Positions 1 through 8,846 of a DNA stretch of 64,000 bases are shown one piece after another. The DNA comes from an uncultured Bacteroidales bacterium. Its GTDB lineage: Bacteria; Bacteroidota; Bacteroidia; Bacteroidales; UBA932. The notes beneath the pieces are model-generated. The model saw nothing but the letters and a program-made list of their open reading frames with translations. It had not been told where the DNA came from and made no database searches. The position numbers and the translations under genes were made by a program. The stretch is from NCBI GenBank assembly GCA_900319485.1, contig ONOQ01000003.1, forward strand, positions 1,223 to 65,222, given 5' to 3'. The first letter of the stretch is position 1, and every line of letters starts with the position of its first letter.

Positions 1-1446
1 AAGCCCATCGTTGTCATCAACAAGGTGGACAAGCCCAACTGCCGCCCGGACGAAGTCCAGGAGGAGGTTTTCGAACTTATGTTCAACCTGGGCGCCAACG
101 AGGACCAGCTTGATTTCAAGACCATCTACGGATCGGCCAAACAGGGCTGGATGTCCCCGGACTGGAAAAAGCCCACCGGTGACATAACCGCCCTCCTTGA
201 CACCATCCTTGAGGAAATCCCCGCCCCGGCCGTGATTGAAGGCACGCCCCAGATGCTTGTCTCTTCCCTGGAGTACAGCCCCTATGTCGGCCGTATTGCA
301 GTTGGACGCATCACACGCGGTACTCTCAAGACCGGAATGCCCGTTAGCCTTTGCAAGCGCTACGACATTGTGGAGAAGTCAAAGATCAAGCAACTTATGG
401 TGTTTGAAGGCCTTGGGAAGGCCAATGTGGACGAGGTCCAGTGCGGAGACATCTGCGCCGTAGTTGGCATCGAAGGCTTTGAGATCGGAGACACCATTGC
501 CGATATCGAGAATCCGGAGGCGCTTCCTCCCATCGCCGTGGACGAGCCCACCATGAGTATGCTGTTTATGATCAACAACAGCCCCTTCTTCGGCAAGGAC
601 GGAAAGTACGTCACTTCCCGCCACCTGAAGGACCGTCTGGAAAAAGAACTGGAGAAAAACCTTGCCCTACGCGTAAAGCCAGGCATCAATGCCGATAGTT
701 TTGTGGTCTACGGCCGCGGCGTCCTGCATCTTTCAGTGCTCATTGAGACTATGCGCCGTGAAGGCTTTGAACTCCAGGTTGGTCAGCCCAAAGTGCTTGA
801 CAAGACCATAAACGGCCAGAGGTGCGAGCCAATCGAGGAACTTTCCATCGAGGTTCCGGAGCAGTTTGTGGGCGCGGCCATCGAACTTTCCACACGCCGT
901 AAGGGCGCGCTCATAAGGATGGAACCCCGCGGAGACCGTACTCTCCTTGAGTTCGAGATTCCTACCCGCGGCCTTATGGGCCTCAGGAGCAACCTTCTCA
1001 CCGCCACCCAGGGTGAGGCCGTGGTAGCCCACCGCTTCAAGGATTACCAGCCTTACAAGGGAGACATCGAGATGCGTTCAAACGGTTCCCTGGTTTCCCT
1101 TGAAACCGGAGAGGCCATTGCATACTCTATGAACAAACTCCTTGACAGGGGCCGATTCTTCGTGGAGCCCGGTGAGGAGATCTACGGCGGTCAGGTAGTG
1201 GGGGAGCACACCCGCGAGAGGGACCTCAACATCAACATCTGCAAAACCAAGAAGCTCACCAACGTGCGTGCTTCCGGCAGTGATGAGAAGGTTGTCCTCC
1301 CTCCCGCAATCAAGTTCTCATTGGAGGAGGCCCTGGAATATATCCAGGAAGATGAGCTTGTGGAGATTACTCCAAACCATATGAGAATGCGCAAGATTCA
1401 GCTTGATCCTCTGGACAGGAAAAGAAATTCCGTCTCAGAAGATTGA
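1..1446 (+). CDS. typA: Translational GTPase TypA/BipA, C-terminal ~480 aa (5' end outside window)
   Basis: The frame is open from base 1 (KPIVVINKVDKPNCRPDEV...), giving the NKxD GTPase motif followed by EF-G-like domains. The listed ORF 25..1446 starts only at the first internal Met. Stop at 1444-1446. Confidence 0.9.
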   Translation, partial: KPIVVINKVDKPNCRPDEVQEEVFELMFNLGANEDQLDFKTIYGSAKQGWMSPDWKKPTGDITALLDTILEEIPAPAVIEGTPQMLVSSLEYSPYVGRIAVGRITRGTLKTGMPVSLCKRYDIVEKSKIKQLMVFEGLGKANVDEVQCGDICAVVGIEGFEIGDTIADIENPEALPPIAVDEPTMSMLFMINNSPFFGKDGKYVTSRHLKDRLEKELEKNLALRVKPGINADSFVVYGRGVLHLSVLIETMRREGFELQVGQPKVLDKTINGQRCEPIEELSIEVPEQFVGAAIELSTRRKGALIRMEPRGDRTLLEFEIPTRGLMGLRSNLLTATQGEAVVAHRFKDYQPYKGDIEMRSNGSLVSLETGEAIAYSMNKLLDRGRFFVEPGEEIYGGQVVGEHTRERDLNINICKTKKLTNVRASGSDEKVVLPPAIKFSLEEALEYIQEDELVEITPNHMRMRKIQLDPLDRKRNSVSED

Positions 1447-1497
1447 TAATTGGAAAATTATTGCTATCTTTGCACCCCTTAATCAGTTTTTGAGGTA

Positions 1498-1968
1498 ATG
1501 TGTAAAATCATAATACCCTTGAACGGTTGGGCTGCCGGTGAGCGGAAATTCCGCTTTACGGCAGGCACAGAGTTCTTTCAAATGTTTGGCAATCAGGAAA
1601 TCCTGGACGCAAACGTTGACGTGGAAGTGAGAGTGACAAAGGAGGGTTCGCAAAAAGTAGAGGCGGACGTCACACTTAAAGGAAGCGTTACAGTCCAGTG
1701 TGACCGCTGCCTGGAACCGCTTCAGATTCCGGTGGATGAGAATCCACAGGAGGTTTTCAAACCGGGAACGGTGGAAATCGAATGGGATCTGAGCCAGGAG
1801 GTGTATGATTACATCTGTCTGGCAATGCCCCTGCAAAGGGTGCATCCGGAAGGGCAGTGCAACCCGGACACCGTCCGGTTCCTGGGCCGGAGTGGGCAGG
1901 TGAACGAGGAGGCTGGCACCAAGAACAGCCCGTTTGCAGCTCTGAAAGGACTTTTTAAAGACAAATAA
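1498..1968 (+). CDS. DUF177/YceD-family protein (large-subunit rRNA accumulation protein-like)
   Basis: 156 aa with CDRC...C motifs, directly upstream of rpmF. This is the conserved yceD-rpmF pairing. Confidence 0.75.
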   Translation: MCKIIIPLNGWAAGERKFRFTAGTEFFQMFGNQEILDANVDVEVRVTKEGSQKVEADVTLKGSVTVQCDRCLEPLQIPVDENPQEVFKPGTVEIEWDLSQEVYDYICLAMPLQRVHPEGQCNPDTVRFLGRSGQVNEEAGTKNSPFAALKGLFKDK

Positions 1969-1987
1969 ACAATTAAAATTATAAACA

Positions 1988-2170
1988 ATGGCACATCCTA
2001 AACACAAAATCTCAAAGCAGAGAAGAGATAAGCGTCGTACCCACGACTTCGCTCCCGTTCCCACTCTGAGCGTTTGCCCCAACTGCGGAGCCACAGTGAT
2101 GTATCACCGTGTTTGCCCTGAGTGCGGCTACTATCGTGGTCGTCAGATCATCGAAAAGAGCGCTGAGTAA
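1988..2170 (+). CDS. rpmF: 50S ribosomal protein L32
   Basis: 60 aa beginning MAHPKHKISKQRRDKRR, with a CPNCG...CPECG zinc ribbon. This is a typical L32. Confidence 0.95.
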   Translation: MAHPKHKISKQRRDKRRTHDFAPVPTLSVCPNCGATVMYHRVCPECGYYRGRQIIEKSAE

Positions 2171-2189
2171 GAGCTCTTTTTTACGTGAT

Positions 2190-2261
2190 GGCCTCATAGT
2201 TCAACGGATAGAACGGAAGTTTCCTAAACTTTAAATCGAGGTTCGATTCCTCGTGGGGCTA
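2190..2261 (+). tRNA. tRNA-Arg (anticodon CCT)
   Basis: Hand-folded cloverleaf. The acceptor stem GGCCTCA/TGGGGCT has 7 bp including 2 G-U pairs. The D arm is GTTC-AACGGATA-GAAC. The anticodon arm GAAGT-TTCCTAA-ACTTT carries anticodon CCT. The T arm is CGAGG-TTCGATT-CCTCG and the discriminator is A. No CCA is encoded. Confidence 0.85.
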
Positions 2262-2268
2262 CAAAGAA

Positions 2269-2296
2269 AGCATCGCCATCAGGCGGTGCTTTTTTT
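2269..2296 (+). terminator. Rho-independent terminator after rpmF/tRNA-Arg
   Basis: Stem AGCATCGCC, loop atca, stem GGCGGTGCT (9 bp with one G-U), followed by T7. Confidence 0.75.
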
Positions 2297-2432
2297 GTAG
2301 TCCATTGTCTTCGACTTACTGGGGGCCTTATCCCCCAGACCCCCTGTGTCGCTTCGCTCCGACTCTTGTTTGTGTCTCTTCCATCCAGAATTATAGCCCT
2401 TTTCCCGGACGTGAAGGGAAGGGATTAAAGGA

Positions 2433-2467
2433 AAAACGGATGACCTGTGTTTGAGGACATCCGTTTT
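2433..2467 (-). terminator. Putative intrinsic terminator of pilus operon 1
   Basis: AAAACGGATG (2433-2442) pairs with CATCCGTTTT (2458-2467), 26 nt after the stop at 2493. On the minus strand the stem runs into TTTTTCCTTTAAT. Confidence 0.5.
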
Positions 2468-2492
2468 CCGTTATAGGGAGATTACCGGGAGG

Positions 2493-5400
2493 TTAATTCC
2501 ACTGGTAATCTGTGTAGGTTACGGTGAAGGATGACAACCTGAAGGTGGTGTAGCCACTCCTTGTCATTGTAATGTCAAGAGACTTCACAGGATTGGTGCC
2601 GCCCTTGGTCCAGGTGGTGGTTGTTCCCCACTCCATAGTACCGTTTGATGCAGAACCACCATTAGGTCGATAACCATTACCTGTAAACTCAAATGATGCA
2701 TTAGTTATTTCATAAACCTTCGTGCCGTCAGTGGTGAAATGCAACTGTGTACCACTGCCAAAACGGATATGGTTCGTGCTGCTGGTAGAGTTCAGGGTTC
2801 CTTCAAAGGTTGCAGTGATACCGTTTCTTGTATCAGTCAAGGTGCTACCTGAGTACACGCGTCCACTGCCGCAAGGGAACGTTACCGTCTGGCCGGTGCG
2901 CAGGGTAGCCTTACGGTGGGTAATGGCCACGGACTCATCGGCATAACTGGTCCTGGAGGCCTTCACGGTAAACAGCACGTCAGAGGTGGTGTAGTTGACG
3001 GGCATCGTGAGCGTGATGGTGGTTCCGGCGGTATCGGTTGCAACTCCGGTGGTTCCGAGAGGCGTGGAAATGCTTGCGCCATCGCCCTCCACGGTAAGGT
3101 CGCAAGGGAGTTCGGAAACCAGTTGGATTGTTGTAGTGGTTGCATTACCTATTACCGAGGTTGATGCTGCGGTAAGTGAGAACGCCGGTGTTCCTGCCTG
3201 AACTATGTTACCGGTAGCCACAACTATTCCGTCCTCATTGCAAAGGTCAACCCTGATGGTGCGGTTGGCGCCGGTAGTGTTGGCCGGCAGGGTGAGGGCT
3301 TCATTATGGACTGCGGCTGCTGCCACGTCCTTTGTGAACACAGGACTGGAATCACCGGGAACGTAAACCTTCAGGACGGTAGGGAAACTGGAGGATACGT
3401 TCGCATTTGCAGATGTAGCGCTCATCCAGATATTGCTGTCCACAATATTCAGTGTAGCAGTACCGGCAGCCTGGGTAACGGTGACGGAGTTGCTGTGAAA
3501 GCCGTTGTCACCCGTGACGGTATAGGTTTGAGGCTGCAGCCTGTTATTCACGGGAACAGTGAGGGTAACAGCATTGGCTGAACCGGCAGGGCCGCTTGAA
3601 GGAGACACGCTGGCGCCGCTGAGAGTACCGTTCACAGTCAATGTCCACGCTGCCTCGGAATCTACATTGATAGATGCCGAAGTGGTAGTGTTGCCAATAT
3701 TGGCATTGGCGGTGGTGAGTTTGATGTACGATGTTCCCAGTTGCGTCAATGTCTTGGATGCAAGGACATCTCCGGTAGAAGTGTCGCACAGATTCACGAT
3801 GATGTGACGGTCAGAGCCTGTACCATTGACCGGAATGCCGGTAATTGTTTCATCGTGTCCTGCCGTTGCGGCAATAGCAGCAGTGTAGATGGGTGTGTCA
3901 TTACCCTGAACGTAGGCCTTAAGGTTGGTGGCAAAACTGCTGACCAGATGTACGCTTGCCGATGTATCGGACTTACGGAGTTCATCGTTGGCGGCAGATA
4001 CGCTTACCACACCGGGCTCCTGGGTGATGATTATATCTTCCCAAACAGTACTGCTAAGGTTACGTGCACGCACCGTGAACCTACGCTCGTGGATTGTAGT
4101 GTTCTGAGGTATGTTTACATTATAATTAGTAGGACCTGTTGTAGGCGTTTGATCTGCGGATGTACTGAGAACATTTCCGCCTTCATCAATGAGTTCAATG
4201 ACATAAGTTGTGCCGGACTCAACGGTGACGGTCACCGAGTTGTCGCCGTTATCAACTGTAGTTGTTGCCGATGTCAGCTTCATCATAATGCCTTCCTGTG
4301 TAATGTAGGCAGTACGGACAAGGCTGGATGAAGTGTTGGTGAGGGTGACCAGATAACGTATTGCATTCTCCGTCACGTTCTCAGGCAGGGTAACGCTAAC
4401 ATCCTGTCCTGCGGTTGAACTGCCGCTGGAAGGACTGAGGGATGCGCCGGCAGCCACGCCGCCATTTGCCATAGAGATATTGAGCACCCAGTTTCCGGTA
4501 GATTTTACCCTGACGGTGGCAGCAGTGCCGGAGACAGTCTGACGGTTAGGCGTGATATTGTTGTTGGCGTCACCAGTCAGGGTTGTCTGGGCGGTGGTTA
4601 CACCGTAAGCATCGGTTTTGAAATACTTGTTATAGACATACACCGTAGAAGTGGAGAAAGACTTGGTGGTCTCAAAATCACAAGTGAGGATTATGTCGTC
4701 ACTGCCGGAAAGTTCTGCGTTGTTCTTCAGGCGCTGGTATTCAGACCAGTTGAGGGTGCGGACAAAGCAGTATGAAGACTCGTCGTTTCCGGAAAGCGAC
4801 TTGAAGGGCTCTTCCAGATTCTCTATACCTGTGGTTTTCACGGGCATATTTTCATTGGAAGCAGGATTCAATGCCTTGGCGCTGTCCTCAATCAGGATTT
4901 CCATAGGGAACATGGAAGCCTGAAGGTCCCAGGGAAGTGGAATACTCAGGGTTGTGAGTTGCCCTTTTTCATCTGCAACAGTAGTGGGCGAGAGAGAGGG
5001 AGATATGTCCTTGGCGTTGAACACGCGGATTGTAACCATACGGACAAGCCTGTAGGTGTCTCCGCCGTCGTTATACGTTCCTACCAACTGCAGGGTGGAA
5101 GAAAGTGTGGACGTACCATTGGGCTCATTTAGCGTATAGTTAACATAACGCTGGTCGTTTGCGCTGTCGCTGCCGTCTACGTCCAGCGTTTTAATGGCAT
5201 TGCCTTCTTTCTCGGTAACCGTAACGTTCCCGTTAAGGTTGCCGCTGGCGGCACCGTTCAGCAGGAACTTGTACCAGAATTTCTGGCTGTCAGCAGTGTA
5301 TACCCAGTCGAAGTTGGGCTTCTCTACATAAAGACGGACAACACCGTTGGAAACGTCGGGAAGGGTGCGGGTATCAAGGGAAACGGAGAAGTTGCTTCCG

Positions 5401-6521
5401 CTGTTATGGCCTGCAGCATCGGAGATATTCTCGTAACCGTCCACCGACACTTCGGAGATTTTGATGCCATAGGTGAAATTCCTGTAGATAGGGAAATATC
5501 CGCTTTCAAGAGCAAGGTCCAGTCGGTAGTAGTGGATAGGTGTTGAGGGTGTGGGCGTGCCGCTTGAAACATAACGTGCCGCCATCAGGATGAAAGGCGG
5601 ATTTTCTGTTGTGACAGCCCTCTCATATACATAGATAGTTTCACCCGCGGCGACAGATACGCCCGGGGCGTTAAATGCATCCACCGTGGTGGGGATATCG
5701 GTATCTATTTCTGGATTTGTGGGGAAGCCCAGATAGTCTTTTCCGTCGTAACTGTAGATGTAATTGGACAGCGTGAGACCGGGGTCGGTGTAGCCAGGCA
5801 CCCAGTCTCCGTGGTTGGTGCTGTACATGGCGATGGCACCGCTCCTGGGCATATTGCAGAGCGCGTAGGAGACAATCTCAAAATTATCCGCTTCTTCGGT
5901 AACGGTGATGCCGGCAAAGTTACGGATGAGGGTGAGGTTGCTAAGGGCTGTTACGGTTGCGTCGGTAGGGATATACTCTCCTTCGGGAGTTTGCTCGGGG
6001 TTTCCGTCAACTTCCTTGATTTGGATTCCGTTGGGGAGGACGATACGCTGCCAATATGCGCCGTTGCCGTCTGTGACCGTCATACTCTGCATAATGTCGT
6101 TCTCGTAGGCATTGAAAGGGAGTGATGACGGGCCGTTGGCGATGATATGGAGTGCGCGCTCCTTGGAAGAGATGGGAAGACGCGCAAGGAAGTAGGCCGA
6201 TGTCGCGTTCTGCGATGCAAAGCCTCCGCCTAGGGGATTGCCCTGCGCATCGCAAGGATAGGCGCTCACGTAGTCTTTAAGGTAGCGGTCTGAACCGAAA
6301 ATGGCAACGTTGATGCTGCTGATGGCAGGCTCTACCCCCATTTCCATTCCTGGCTCGGCCTTGGTAGAGGCCTGAAGAACCAATGGCTCCTGGAAAGAGA
6401 TGACAACTGGAACTGTTGCGCCCTGTTTTTCAAAATTGGCTATGGATGCCGGCTCCTCCCGTGTACAGGACACGGAAGCAAGCACAAGAAAGACAGAAAA
6501 TATAGCGTAAATCTTTTTCAT
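2493..6521 (-). CDS. Giant pilus-associated surface lipoprotein: pilin-like N-terminal region, six tandem Ig/BACON-like modules and a beta-rich C-terminal domain
   Basis: 1342 aa with lipobox LASVSC. An ASTKAEP motif lies about 38 aa after the Cys, like the other pilin-like genes here. Six ~90-aa repeats each end in ..ITQEG/..ITQEPG/..LTQLGT/..VTQAAG/..IVQAGT. It is the last gene of the operon. Confidence 0.7.
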   Translation of the reverse strand: MKKIYAIFSVFLVLASVSCTREEPASIANFEKQGATVPVVISFQEPLVLQASTKAEPGMEMGVEPAISSINVAIFGSDRYLKDYVSAYPCDAQGNPLGGGFASQNATSAYFLARLPISSKERALHIIANGPSSLPFNAYENDIMQSMTVTDGNGAYWQRIVLPNGIQIKEVDGNPEQTPEGEYIPTDATVTALSNLTLIRNFAGITVTEEADNFEIVSYALCNMPRSGAIAMYSTNHGDWVPGYTDPGLTLSNYIYSYDGKDYLGFPTNPEIDTDIPTTVDAFNAPGVSVAAGETIYVYERAVTTENPPFILMAARYVSSGTPTPSTPIHYYRLDLALESGYFPIYRNFTYGIKISEVSVDGYENISDAAGHNSGSNFSVSLDTRTLPDVSNGVVRLYVEKPNFDWVYTADSQKFWYKFLLNGAASGNLNGNVTVTEKEGNAIKTLDVDGSDSANDQRYVNYTLNEPNGTSTLSSTLQLVGTYNDGGDTYRLVRMVTIRVFNAKDISPSLSPTTVADEKGQLTTLSIPLPWDLQASMFPMEILIEDSAKALNPASNENMPVKTTGIENLEEPFKSLSGNDESSYCFVRTLNWSEYQRLKNNAELSGSDDIILTCDFETTKSFSTSTVYVYNKYFKTDAYGVTTAQTTLTGDANNNITPNRQTVSGTAATVRVKSTGNWVLNISMANGGVAAGASLSPSSGSSTAGQDVSVTLPENVTENAIRYLVTLTNTSSSLVRTAYITQEGIMMKLTSATTTVDNGDNSVTVTVESGTTYVIELIDEGGNVLSTSADQTPTTGPTNYNVNIPQNTTIHERRFTVRARNLSSTVWEDIIITQEPGVVSVSAANDELRKSDTSASVHLVSSFATNLKAYVQGNDTPIYTAAIAATAGHDETITGIPVNGTGSDRHIIVNLCDTSTGDVLASKTLTQLGTSYIKLTTANANIGNTTTSASINVDSEAAWTLTVNGTLSGASVSPSSGPAGSANAVTLTVPVNNRLQPQTYTVTGDNGFHSNSVTVTQAAGTATLNIVDSNIWMSATSANANVSSSFPTVLKVYVPGDSSPVFTKDVAAAAVHNEALTLPANTTGANRTIRVDLCNEDGIVVATGNIVQAGTPAFSLTAASTSVIGNATTTTIQLVSELPCDLTVEGDGASISTPLGTTGVATDTAGTTITLTMPVNYTTSDVLFTVKASRTSYADESVAITHRKATLRTGQTVTFPCGSGRVYSGSTLTDTRNGITATFEGTLNSTSSTNHIRFGSGTQLHFTTDGTKVYEITNASFEFTGNGYRPNGGSASNGTMEWGTTTTWTKGGTNPVKSLDITMTRSGYTTFRLSSFTVTYTDYQWN
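2907..4559 (-). repeat. Coding tandem array of six ~90-94-aa Ig/BACON-like modules (residues ~655-1205 of the 1342-aa protein)
   Basis: Hand alignment. Modules 1 and 4 share ..SLSPSSGSSTAGQDVSVTLP / ..SVSPSSGPAGSANAVTLTVP. Modules 3 and 5 share SSFATNLKAYVQGNDTPIYT.. / SSFPTVLKVYVPGDSSPVFT.. and ..VNLCDTSTGDV / ..VDLCNEDGIV. Confidence 0.7.
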
Positions 6522-6527
6522 ATCTCA

Positions 6528-8840
6528 TCAAAATGTGTCATTGAGGCCGGTCTTGTATCCAAGCCATCTGCTATTAGTATAGGTGGAATGAGTGTCTCCC
6601 CAATACCAGGTATCGTAGACGCAACGGACATAACTGGTATACGTATTTGATCCAACGGTATAACCAACAGAACCGGTATTAGCTGTAACTCCTGAAAGGT
6701 CTACGAATAAGTCGTTACCAGAGCCATCCTTTACATAAAGAAGTGCCCCTGCTGCCCAATATCCGTTTGTGGTGCTTGGGTTGAAAAGCGAAGGGATTTT
6801 ACTGTCGGTATTCAACTTCTGCAGGAAAAGAATCTCTGCTTCTGTGGGGATGCGCCATCGTCCGGCGGGATATCCATACTCCTGATAAGCGGCGCATCTC
6901 TTCTTTGCTCCCTCGTAAGTCACAGGAAGAGTTTTTCCGTAAGAGGAGGCAGAGATGAATTTGGGCGAAATTACGTTCTGAGTATTTTCTGCCGCAGGAC
7001 GGTATTGGGTCAGTGGATCACCTGCATCACCCCCGTTCAAAACGGAACTGTATTCATCGGTGGCGGGGCCGCGGGGATCTCCAAGCACAGTGGGAAATTC
7101 CACGCCGTTTGCCAAAGGCGTGAATTTAAGAATAGTGGTGGTAACGGAATAGATGTTAGGGTTCTGATTATTGGCATTCAGATCTACAGGTGTACCTACA
7201 GCCGTATTATTAGGGCTTATAGAGCCTAAATAATGAGGTTGATAAGTAGATGTAATGTTTCCGGTAGTAGATTGACCGGAATTGTCCCAAACATTTATTC
7301 TGCTAGTTGTGGTTGATCTTCCATTAATATACACGTTGGGCTTGCTGTCGTCGTCGTTTACCGTATTGATATTTGTAATATACAGCGGCGGATACTGCGT
7401 AACCTTCAAGGTTTTGTCGTACTGCCCAATGGCATCATTTGAAAGTTGCAGGACTATGGTATATGTGTAAGGCGACACGTCATAGGTTGTTCCTGTGAAA
7501 TCGTAGTCCAGCGCATGGCTGATATGGATATAATCGCCCTCGGCTGCTTTGGCAACGTCTGTGCCCGGATCCAAGGTCATGTGTGCGCCGGAACTGTAAT
7601 CCTCATAATCCAGTTGTTTGCTGCGGATAGAAACGGCTCCGCTTGCAAAATAAGGTATATCAAGCGTATTTCCGTAGAACTTGATATCCATGGGATCCGG
7701 TACATTCACGTCAAGATAATAACCGGGAGACATGGAGGAGGTAATATTGCTTCCTGTTCTCCAGTCCAGTACCTGATAACCGCAGGGGACGTTCACTGCA
7801 TCGTCATCGGCATCACCGCCCAGCTGGGTGACGTCAAGGACAAGGTGATACCAGTTATTGCTTGCAAAGGCGTTGGTGGGGAGCATTACCTTATAATAAT
7901 ACTCCTTCTGGGATTGCTGCACTATTCCGGAAGTGCTTCGGGAAAGTTTCCAGGGAACTATGAGTTTAAGGTAAGGCTCCGTGGCCGAACCGTAAGACCA
8001 AGTTTCCGGATAGGTATAGAACGACGCACTTGAAAAAGCAGTAGAGAAATCGGCTTTTCCAGATATGGCTGTATTGTTAATATTTGGATAATATTCAAAT
8101 AAGGTATGGTTTGCGTCAACACCGCCCACGAGGGCTTCCGTGGTACCGTTGCAAAGGTACACGCGAATATTGCTGCCTTCGGTGAGAGGGGTCCAGACTT
8201 CGGTGACGTGCCCTTTGTCGTGATGGACCTCATCCTTCAGGTAAAAATCCATTGTAACCTTGGCAGGGAGACGCTTAAGTTCAACCTGAGCTTCACCTAC
8301 CAGATTCTGACCGAGAACAGGAGCCACATGGATGTTTTCTGCCAGGCCTGTCATAACAAGGCAAAGGTCCTCATCTTCGGCCGGCATTATGTTGCCGCCG
8401 GCTTCTTGGGTGAAAGTGCGGTGGGAACCCTCGCTTAGCGCAAGTGCCTGCAAAAATGCCATAGTGGTTGGGTTGCCACTGTCATAGAAGTCGGATTCCG
8501 GACCGGGATAGTTTGCGATAGAGAATACCTTATATTCACCGTCCGCTATAGCCGAGGCTTGAATGAAGCAGGTAAAATAGGATTCAATCTCCGGAGAGAA
8601 GCGCGAATGGTGCCTGAATTCAGAGTAGTGATTGCTAAACAGGAAAACGTCCAGCGTTTTGATAAGGTTTTCGTTGCCAACGCCGGGTTTACCCGTCTTG
8701 GTGTTGATGTCCCCGCAGGTAAAAGTGAGGCGGATTCCGTTTTCACTTGAAACGTCCTGCCCGGGCTCCGCTACCTGCTGGCACGCGGCGATTGAAAGAA
8801 GCGCTGCAAAAACTGCTATTATACTGATTGACTTTTTCAT
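6528..8840 (-). CDS. Type V pilin-like lipoprotein with C-terminal DUF1566/FISUMP-like (lectin-like) domain; candidate tip adhesin
   Basis: 770 aa with lipobox LSIAAC and an INTKTG motif. The C-terminal 145 aa read ..KKRCAAYQEYGYPAGRWRIPTEAEILFL...NGYWAAG...YVRCVYD. This matches the WR(L/I)PT...YW...RCV(x)D pattern of DUF1566 and the Fibrobacter major-paralogous domain. Confidence 0.65.
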   Translation of the reverse strand: MKKSISIIAVFAALLSIAACQQVAEPGQDVSSENGIRLTFTCGDINTKTGKPGVGNENLIKTLDVFLFSNHYSEFRHHSRFSPEIESYFTCFIQASAIADGEYKVFSIANYPGPESDFYDSGNPTTMAFLQALALSEGSHRTFTQEAGGNIMPAEDEDLCLVMTGLAENIHVAPVLGQNLVGEAQVELKRLPAKVTMDFYLKDEVHHDKGHVTEVWTPLTEGSNIRVYLCNGTTEALVGGVDANHTLFEYYPNINNTAISGKADFSTAFSSASFYTYPETWSYGSATEPYLKLIVPWKLSRSTSGIVQQSQKEYYYKVMLPTNAFASNNWYHLVLDVTQLGGDADDDAVNVPCGYQVLDWRTGSNITSSMSPGYYLDVNVPDPMDIKFYGNTLDIPYFASGAVSIRSKQLDYEDYSSGAHMTLDPGTDVAKAAEGDYIHISHALDYDFTGTTYDVSPYTYTIVLQLSNDAIGQYDKTLKVTQYPPLYITNINTVNDDDSKPNVYINGRSTTTSRINVWDNSGQSTTGNITSTYQPHYLGSISPNNTAVGTPVDLNANNQNPNIYSVTTTILKFTPLANGVEFPTVLGDPRGPATDEYSSVLNGGDAGDPLTQYRPAAENTQNVISPKFISASSYGKTLPVTYEGAKKRCAAYQEYGYPAGRWRIPTEAEILFLQKLNTDSKIPSLFNPSTTNGYWAAGALLYVKDGSGNDLFVDLSGVTANTGSVGYTVGSNTYTSYVRCVYDTWYWGDTHSTYTNSRWLGYKTGLNDTF

Positions 8841-8846
8841 ATCACA

